A stretch of DNA of 64,000 nucleotides. It comes from Fibrobacter sp. (GTDB lineage: Bacteria > Fibrobacterota > Fibrobacteria > Fibrobacterales > Fibrobacteraceae). A program made the translations under genes and the position numbers. Below the pieces are notes generated by a model. The model was given only the letters and a program-made list of their open reading frames with translations, was not told where the DNA came from and made no database searches. Of this stretch, positions 57,467 through 64,000 are shown one piece after another. Location of the stretch: the NCBI GenBank assembly GCA_017649565.1, contig JAGCGO010000067.1:15091-79090 (forward strand). The letters run 5' to 3'. Position 1 is the stretch's first letter. Every line of letters begins with the position of its first letter.

Positions 57467-57829
57467 CTAGCGACCCGGGTTGGGTAGCGGGAGGAAGTAG
57501 CCCTGGCTGCGGAGGGTGGCGAGCGCCTTCAGGCGGTTGGGGACGGTCTCGTCGGGGAAGGCGTCGATGACGAACTGGGGAATGCGTTTTTGGGGCCGGA
57601 AGGCGAGCGGGATGTCGGCATAGTCGCCCAGCTGCCAGGCGACTAGGAGCTTGTCTAGGAAGTCTCCCCAGGGGAAGTCGTCGGCTGTCTTGAGTGTAAA
57701 TTGGGCCGGTTTCTTTGCGTCGCGCCCGGTAAGCAGGAGCGAACCGTCGCGGAAGCAACAAGAAAGCGCAGCCAACCGTTCCTCGTTGGAGGTGGCGGGC
57801 TGCGCCGGAATTTTAACGATAATGTCCAA
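57467..57829 (-). CDS. Hypothetical protein
   Basis: 120-aa ORF co-oriented with its neighbours, coding-like composition. Confidence 0.6.
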   Translation of the reverse strand: MDIIVKIPAQPATSNEERLAALSCCFRDGSLLLTGRDAKKPAQFTLKTADDFPWGDFLDKLLVAWQLGDYADIPLAFRPQKRIPQFVIDAFPDETVPNRLKALATLRSQGYFLPLPNPGR

Positions 57830-57843
57830 TTTTTGAACCCGTG

Positions 57844-57984
57844 CTAGGCGGCCATGAGGTCGCGCTGGATCTGGGCGTACTGGTACATGGATATGGACGT
57901 TATCTTGATTATCAAGTCACGGGCGAGACCAGCTTTGATCAATGCCCGCACGTAACTGAGCTTGTCTATATCTGGAGACGTCAT
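57844..57984 (-). CDS. 46-aa small protein MTSPDIDKLSYVRALIKAGLARDLIIKITSISMYQYAQIQRDLMAA (not in the ORF track), HTH-like
   Basis: Translated by hand; GAGGT RBS; first gene of a three-gene minus-strand run. Confidence 0.6.
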   Translation of the reverse strand: MTSPDIDKLSYVRALIKAGLARDLIIKITSISMYQYAQIQRDLMAA

Positions 57985-58192
57985 TGTTTTAACCTCGCTG
58001 GTTAGTTTCTGTTAACAATAATAATAAGATATTTTTAAGGAAAATGCGAGGGGTTTTAGGTGAAAAAATGTGCAGTAAAAAGCCCCTTTGGAAAGGTTGC
58101 TTGCTTTAATCTTTTGATGCTTAACAAGTTAACGTAATGAATATTTTTGTTTACAAACGAAATAAAATGAAGACCGTGTGATAAAAATCATT

Positions 58193-58981
58193 CTAAACGG
58201 CAAATCCGGCGTCCTTCAGTGCGGGAATCCTTCTCCTGAACGTCTGCACCTTCTTGATGTCGAGTTCTGCCTTGAGGACGGTTTCGGCTTCGCCGGCACA
58301 TGCAACGGTGTTCCCCTCGGGGTCGATGACGAGGGAGTTGCCCGCATAGGCGTTCCCGCCGGCGTCCAGACCGCAGGCGTTTACTGCGACGACGTAGCAT
58401 TGGTTCTCTATGGCTCGTGCGCGGAGGAGGGCTTCGAAGTGTGTTACGCGGCTCTTGGGCCATGCGGCCTGCACTGTAATCAGGTCGATGCCGCGGCAGA
58501 CTGCCGCACGGTAGGTTTCCGGGAAACGGAGGTCGTAGCAGATGGTGGGGGTAATGCGCCAGCCTTCCGCTTTGAATAAAGTAACCTTTTTGCCGGCACT
58601 GATGGAGCTCTGTTCGCGGAGGAACGGGTGCATCTTGTCGTACCCGGCGAATTCAGTCGCCCGCCCCGGAATGTAGACGCTGCTGTGATTGGTCAACGAG
58701 CGGCCCTTCTTGGCAATACCTGCGCCGATGACGGTGCAGCCGGTCTTGTTGGCGAGGTCAGAGAGAAACTTGGCGGTCTCTCCGGAGGCGTCCTTGAATA
58801 CTTCGGCGGAACCGAGGGTGTCATGGGGGAGGTATCCCGTGGCGAACATCTCGGGGAACAGGATGATGCCGCCTTTCTTTACGGCTGCCTTGCGGACAAG
58901 AGACGCAGCGTGCTTCAGGTTGCGTGTTTTTTTGCCCGGAATGGACTCCATCTGGATTAAATAAACTTTCAGCATTGCCAA
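58193..58981 (-). CDS. Nitrilase/carbon-nitrogen hydrolase (omega-amidase-like)
   Basis: FPEMF.TGY, Y.K.H, ICYDLRFPE, RARAIENQ. Confidence 0.9.
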   Translation of the reverse strand: MAMLKVYLIQMESIPGKKTRNLKHAASLVRKAAVKKGGIILFPEMFATGYLPHDTLGSAEVFKDASGETAKFLSDLANKTGCTVIGAGIAKKGRSLTNHSSVYIPGRATEFAGYDKMHPFLREQSSISAGKKVTLFKAEGWRITPTICYDLRFPETYRAAVCRGIDLITVQAAWPKSRVTHFEALLRARAIENQCYVVAVNACGLDAGGNAYAGNSLVIDPEGNTVACAGEAETVLKAELDIKKVQTFRRRIPALKDAGFAV

Positions 58982-59030
58982 AATTTAATAACGTTGTGCC
59001 CGAAAACCCAATTTTTCTATTTTATACTCT

Positions 59031-61409
59031 ATGAAATTCCGCTCCGTTCTTTGGATTTTAGCTTTTTCTGCAGTTTGTGTATTTGCGGCGACCCCGACCA
59101 CCATCATTGGTGTTGTCCTAGAATCCGAATCGGACTTGCCCATCAAGGGTGTGAAAATTACTTACCGTAGCGGCAAGGTCGTGGGCGAGACGAATTCCGA
59201 TGGCCGGTTCGAGTACGACGTGGATTCCAAGAACGCTTCGCTCGTGTTCAGCAAGGACGGGTACGACAGTGTTTTTGTGGACCTGCAGGATTTTGCTGAC
59301 CTGCTGGACATGGTGGTCTCGCTTGTCCCCAACGTGCGCGACCTCGGGTCGAGTACCGTGATTGGCGGTGGCGAGCCCGTGAAGTGGGAACCGGAACGCA
59401 CGGTGAAGGTCGAGTCGCTGGAAGATGCTGCCGGCATGCGCTTCGACTTGACGGAACATTTGAGTCAGATGCCCGGCATTTCGGGCCAGAAGGATTTCTC
59501 CAGCGCCCTGTATTACGAAGGTTCCCGTGCGGGTGACGTGGCCTACCATTTGGGACAGCTCCGCATCCCGAACATGCGACACCTGGATGTCGGCTTCCCG
59601 GGCAACCTTTCCGTGGTGAACCCGCATATCCTCAGCGGGATCGAGATTCACGACCACTACGGTTCCGGTCCGCTGGGGCAGGGACTTGCGACGTCGGTGC
59701 AGTACATTCCCGAACAGACTCCGGGAGATTGGGGAGTCAAGGGGGCCGTGGGCCTTACCGTCCAGGAAGTCGTGCTCGACATGCCGTGGTTCTTCTGGGA
59801 TTCCTTCAGGATCTCGTTCCGCCGCCTGGATCCCGACATGCTCAAGAACCTGGGCGAAAAGTTCTTTACCGAGTTCCGCAAGCGCGACGCGGGTTGCGAT
59901 AACGATGACGATTGCCGCGTCAAGTCCTCCGACCCGTTCGACCTTTCCGCCTTTGACGTGTATGCGCAGTTGAACGGCTCCGATTCCCTGGGTGACACCT
60001 GGGCGTTGCGCACGCTGTACAGTTCCGATGAGTACGCCATCCGGCAGGATACGGCGACCAAGATGGACGAGGTGAATTCCGTGAACATCATCTCGGGCGA
60101 GCAGGAATACCTGGTGCTCGGCGCCGAGTACAATTCGCGCTTCGGTACTAGCGTGCATGCGGGTTTTGTCCGGGAATACCTGAGCGATACGCTCCGCGAT
60201 ACGACGGGGTTCCGCAACCTCACGAACAGGGACCTGGGACAGACTTCGTTCATCGACGGATACGAACAGGTTCATTCTACGATCAGCGGCGGCCTGAGTA
60301 AGGGCTTCAACGGGAGCATCCTGGGTGCCGGTCTGAGTGGTGCGGTTCTTTACGAGCAGCAGATTATCGAGCGCAGCTATCCCGAGTTCGGCGGGACGGT
60401 ATCGGATGACTACCAGACGGGCGTGCTCTCTGGTTCGGGCCGGTTCGACTGGAACACCGACTATAGCCGTTACATTCTTTCTGCCGGTGCCGTGGCTGAC
60501 GCCGTTGACCACAATGCGCAGCCGACGGGCTCCTTGGACGCAGACGTGAACCTTTCCCGTGCGGATTCCGCCTACTGGCACGTGTTCGGCAACACTGCCT
60601 ACCGTAGCGACTGGAAACCCTATTATGACAACGGTGACCTGACGGGACGCCTCGAGACGGGAACGTCCGCGAAGCTGGGCTTTGGTTACCGGTCCAAGTA
60701 TTTCGATGGCCAGGTGGCCGGTTACGGGCGCTACTATGCCGACCCGTTGCTGCCGATGCCGAAAGCGTTCGCCTATTACAGGGACGTGACCCCGGTGGAT
60801 TACGCATGGTCGATGGGCGGCGGCGTGAAGGTGGAATGGAAGACTTCCCACCACTTCTCGCTCTCGACGAACGTGAATTCCGTGTACGGCGAATACGAAC
60901 TGGAGGATGGTACCTCGATCCCCTGGGAAGCGAACGCCCGCCTCGACATGCTTTCTCATTTCCGCTACTACCCGCGCAAGGACTCCGTAGTGTCCGTCAT
61001 TCTGACTCACCATGCGTTGTACCATCGTCCGCTATATTATTACTCCGTTATGCCGTCCTCCTTGGATGGAGAGAACGGGAAGACGAGCCGCACGAACGGG
61101 ACACGCCGCCTGCGTGACCTGAACGAGTTTACGGACCTCTACCGCACCGACGTGCGAATCAACCTCGATATCACGACGAGCAAGTATTTCTTCAAGAATG
61201 CCCGATTCTACCTGGAACTTGACAACATCTTCGCGAAACTCGATGTGGATGCTCTTGAATTCCTTGGCTCGCAGAATGCTCGCGAACGCTCCTGGGTGAC
61301 GCAGGACAACAATGATAAAACTTCGGATGGCTACGATCTGGTGCCGTTCATGGCGAAGGGCATGGGCATGTATTTCCAGTTCGGCGTGGAAGTGCAGTTG
61401 GGAATTTAG
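59031..61409 (+). CDS. TonB-dependent-receptor-like outer-membrane protein
   Basis: N-terminal carboxypeptidase-regulatory-like domain, plug-like L..MPG, C-terminal barrel pattern. Confidence 0.7.
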   Translation: MKFRSVLWILAFSAVCVFAATPTTIIGVVLESESDLPIKGVKITYRSGKVVGETNSDGRFEYDVDSKNASLVFSKDGYDSVFVDLQDFADLLDMVVSLVPNVRDLGSSTVIGGGEPVKWEPERTVKVESLEDAAGMRFDLTEHLSQMPGISGQKDFSSALYYEGSRAGDVAYHLGQLRIPNMRHLDVGFPGNLSVVNPHILSGIEIHDHYGSGPLGQGLATSVQYIPEQTPGDWGVKGAVGLTVQEVVLDMPWFFWDSFRISFRRLDPDMLKNLGEKFFTEFRKRDAGCDNDDDCRVKSSDPFDLSAFDVYAQLNGSDSLGDTWALRTLYSSDEYAIRQDTATKMDEVNSVNIISGEQEYLVLGAEYNSRFGTSVHAGFVREYLSDTLRDTTGFRNLTNRDLGQTSFIDGYEQVHSTISGGLSKGFNGSILGAGLSGAVLYEQQIIERSYPEFGGTVSDDYQTGVLSGSGRFDWNTDYSRYILSAGAVADAVDHNAQPTGSLDADVNLSRADSAYWHVFGNTAYRSDWKPYYDNGDLTGRLETGTSAKLGFGYRSKYFDGQVAGYGRYYADPLLPMPKAFAYYRDVTPVDYAWSMGGGVKVEWKTSHHFSLSTNVNSVYGEYELEDGTSIPWEANARLDMLSHFRYYPRKDSVVSVILTHHALYHRPLYYYSVMPSSLDGENGKTSRTNGTRRLRDLNEFTDLYRTDVRINLDITTSKYFFKNARFYLELDNIFAKLDVDALEFLGSQNARERSWVTQDNNDKTSDGYDLVPFMAKGMGMYFQFGVEVQLGI

Positions 61410-61449
61410 GGGCTAGAATTTAGAGACTAGAGGCTGAGAGCCTTGTGGT

Positions 61450-62169
61450 ATGAGATTCGTTTTATTGCTCTTATGCTTGTGTGTGGTTGTGTGGTCGCAT
61501 GAGACGGATAGTTTATTCGTGCCGAAGAAGCCCGCGAAGCCGGTGCGCTTTTGCAAGGCGGCAAAGCAGTGGGTGGAATATGCCAAGGCCGATTCCAACC
61601 TGGTCGAGATCACGTACATGAAGGGGCTGCGCATGGACTTGCGCTATGCGACATTCGACAACGTCACCGGACACGATCTTTACTGCGGGATTCGCCGCGC
61701 CTTTATCCACAGGGATGCCCTGCCCAAGCTGAAACGCGCCATTGCACTGCTGAAAAAGGAAATGCCCGGATACAGCATCGTTGTCTTTGATGCGGCGCGC
61801 CCGCTCTATGCGCAGGGCGCACTCAAGCGCTCGGTGGCGGGGACGCCCTACTCGAACTACGTGTCTTCGGGAAAGACGGGCGGGTTGCACAATTACGGGC
61901 TCGCGCTTGACATCGGCGTTGCCGATAGCGCGGGCGCATTGCTCGACATGGGGGCGGACTTCGATTCCTTCGAACGCTGTGCCGGCGAGGTGGGCGAGGC
62001 CGATGCATTGAAGTCGGGACGCCTTACGCAACAGCAGGTCGACAACCGGAACAAGCTTCGCAACATCATGAAGCGCGCGGGCTGGGTACCGCTAGGCAGC
62101 GAATGGTGGCACTTCAACGCGTATACGCGCACGTACACCCAGGAACACTATCCGCTGTTTCCGATGTGA
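61450..62169 (+). CDS. ddpX: D-Ala-D-Ala dipeptidase (VanX/DdpX, M15D)
   Basis: DLRYAT..N, VFDAARP, H..G.A.D, LDMG..FD, EWWHF. Confidence 0.88.
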   Translation: MRFVLLLLCLCVVVWSHETDSLFVPKKPAKPVRFCKAAKQWVEYAKADSNLVEITYMKGLRMDLRYATFDNVTGHDLYCGIRRAFIHRDALPKLKRAIALLKKEMPGYSIVVFDAARPLYAQGALKRSVAGTPYSNYVSSGKTGGLHNYGLALDIGVADSAGALLDMGADFDSFERCAGEVGEADALKSGRLTQQQVDNRNKLRNIMKRAGWVPLGSEWWHFNAYTRTYTQEHYPLFPM

Positions 62170-62174
62170 GGAGA

Positions 62175-62347
62175 GAGGCTCGAGGCTCCAGGTACGAGGC
62201 ACGAAACTTAAGATGATTAAATTAAATGTCTTCCCCGACTTGGTCGGGGACCTCCTTCTTATTAGAACAAAAGGAGATGCCCGCCTGCGCGGGCATGACA
62301 TTCCCCTAACCACTTCCTACTTCCTGCTTCCTACTTTCTACTATTTA
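62175..62347. repeat. Composite repeat: GAGGCNC heptamers, TGTC..GACA double-hairpin element, CTTCCTA heptamers
   Basis: TGTCTTCCCCGAC-TTG-GTCGGGGA ... ATGCCCGC-CT-GCGCGGGCATGACA between convergent genes. Confidence 0.7.
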
Positions 62348-63319
62348 CTAACCACTAAGCCCAAACCCCTTCACACTCGCTCTTTTGAGCCTGTCGTTCA
62401 GGGCCATGCCCACGCCGACGTTGGGGATGGGGTCCACAAGAATCAACGCATTCTCGGGCTTGTCGAGGTCGTGCATGAAGGCGTACAGGTTGGCTGTCGC
62501 CTCGGCCATGTCACCGGTTTCGGACAAGTTAACCGTTGCCGGAATGGGGCCGGGTTGCATGCCGAATGCGATGCGCACGGTGTTTGCGGGGAGTTTGTAG
62601 CCGGCGGGGATTTCGCCGAAGTAAAGCGGGACTTGCGGGCGGTAGTGCGTATCGCATTGGCCTGGCGCCGCCATAGGCTGGCCGGGCTTGCTCGTGGATT
62701 CCTTCACGTCTACGCTGCCGAGCACCTTCGCGAACATCTCCGGCGTGATGGCGCCAGGCCGGAGCACCGTCGGGCTCCCGGCAAGCGAGATGATGGAACT
62801 CTCGACGCCCACCGAACACGGGCCGCCGTCGACGATGCCCGCGATGCGGTCTGCAAGCTGTGCTGCGACATGCTCTGCGGTTGTCGGACTCACGTGCTTG
62901 AACAGGTTCGCGCTCGGGGCGGCAAGCGGCAGTCCCGATTCCTTGATGACCTGCTGGGCCACAGGATGGTTCGGGAAACGCACCGCTACGGTGTCGAGCC
63001 CGCTCGTGCAGAGGTCGGGAATGCATTCCTTCTTGGGCAGGATCATGGTCATGGGGCCGGGCCAGTAAGCTTCGGCTAGTCTGTAGGCGCTATCGGGAAT
63101 CTCCCGCGCGATGTCGGTGAGTTGCGCAATGTCTGCAATGTGTACGATGAGCGGATCGAACGTCGGACGTTCCTTGGCTGCAAAAATTTTCGCGAGCGCC
63201 TTGGGCTCGAAAGCATTGCCGGCAAGACCATACACGGTCTCTGTCGGGATGGCGACAACCTCGCCGGCCTTGAGCAGGCGGGCGGCTTCGCTGACACTTG
63301 TCCATGGAGGAAATTTCAT
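62348..63319 (-). CDS. sua5: Threonylcarbamoyl-AMP synthase Sua5 (TsaC + SUA5 domain)
   Basis: PTETVYGL, K.RP..PLIVH, WPGP.T, AAPSAN, G.ESSI, APG...HY.P. Confidence 0.93.
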   Translation of the reverse strand: MKFPPWTSVSEAARLLKAGEVVAIPTETVYGLAGNAFEPKALAKIFAAKERPTFDPLIVHIADIAQLTDIAREIPDSAYRLAEAYWPGPMTMILPKKECIPDLCTSGLDTVAVRFPNHPVAQQVIKESGLPLAAPSANLFKHVSPTTAEHVAAQLADRIAGIVDGGPCSVGVESSIISLAGSPTVLRPGAITPEMFAKVLGSVDVKESTSKPGQPMAAPGQCDTHYRPQVPLYFGEIPAGYKLPANTVRIAFGMQPGPIPATVNLSETGDMAEATANLYAFMHDLDKPENALILVDPIPNVGVGMALNDRLKRASVKGFGLSG

Positions 63320-63329
63320 TATGGCACAA

Positions 63330-63361
63330 AAATAAAAAAGGATGGCGTTGCTGCCATCCCT
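63330..63361 (-). terminator. Terminator after the DUF349 gene
   Basis: GGGATGGC-AGCAAC-GCCATCC followed by T-run on -. Confidence 0.7.
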
Positions 63362-63385
63362 TGAATTGCGATGTGCGCCCTGCGC

Positions 63386-64000
63386 TTATGCTTCAGTGGC
63401 TTCGGCCGGGGCTTCTGCCTGGTCCTTGCGCCCGAAGGCGAATACCTGGTCGCATGCCGCGTTGAAGCGTTTCCAGATCTTGTCGGACTGGTCGCGAGGA
63501 ACCGCACCGACTTCCTTCCACAGATGGCGCAAGTGCTTGACCTTGTTCATGGAAACACCCACGGTCTGTTCGTTCAGGTCGGTGAGCAGGTCTTCGGCCT
63601 GTTCGCAGAGCAAAACCTTCTTCTGCAGGTTGTTCTGGCGGGCCTGTTCCTGAATGTCCAGCTGGTCGCGGCGGCGCGTGAAGAAATCGTCGCAGGCTTC
63701 GCGGAACGTCTTGTGGATGAGCAGGTCGTCGATACCGCAGCTGCCCAGGGTGCGCCATTCTTTCTGGATGTCGCGCACAGCTTCGGCGAGCTGGTTGCTG
63801 CCGGCGCTTTCGGCGAACTGGCGAACCTTCTCGATCATGTCCTGCTTCTTGACCTTGATCTCGTCGAGCTGCTTACGGAGGACATCGTCCTTTTCTGCGC
63901 AGCGTCCGAGGAACTGGTTGATGGTCTCGTTGAAGCGGTCGCTGATGCTTTCTACGGATTCCTTGGGCACCATGCCGATGGTCTTCCATTCGGCTTCGAT
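63386..64000 (-). CDS. DUF349-repeat protein (5' end outside the window)
   Basis: Repeated W...G.VP.....W.RF..ACD.FF units. Confidence 0.8.
   Translation of the reverse strand: MEAEWKTIGMVPKESVESISDRFNETINQFLGRCAEKDDVLRKQLDEIKVKKQDMIEKVRQFAESAGSNQLAEAVRDIQKEWRTLGSCGIDDLLIHKTFREACDDFFTRRRDQLDIQEQARQNNLQKKVLLCEQAEDLLTDLNEQTVGVSMNKVKHLRHLWKEVGAVPRDQSDKIWKRFNAACDQVFAFGRKDQAEAPAEATEA

Overview
Bacterial chromosomal window, very likely Fibrobacter (TIGR02147-family regulator, Ser-rich PCMD-type lipoproteins, heptamer/palindromic intergenic repeats; this assignment is inferred from gene families). The backbone is housekeeping: tRNA-Gln, trxA-hisF-tldD, clpB, hisC-hisN, comEC, xerC, rimP-nusA-infB-rbfA-truB-ribF, cysE, sua5. 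Two accessory regions stand out. (1) 15.4-18.45 kb: an intact type II-C-like cas1-cas2 pair with no effector gene and no conventional array in the window. Four dispersed copies of a 35-bp CRISPR-like repeat bracket gene-sized inserts: a 317-bp segment carrying a 43-aa membrane ORF, and a ~775-bp segment carrying a BrnT-type toxin-antitoxin pair. Two of the copies are preceded by a duplicated promoter-bearing leader. This is either a Cas1-Cas2 gene-cassette or solitary-repeat system or a decayed CRISPR locus. (2) 47.4-56.1 kb: an AT-richer defence/conflict island with a GNAT toxin-antitoxin pair, an XRE-ImmA-DUF4417-EndoU toxin-immunity cluster, and a LlaJI/McrBC-like restriction-modification operon preceded by a repeat/anti-repeat/terminator RNA leader. 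All family calls come from motif recognition by eye, not database searches.
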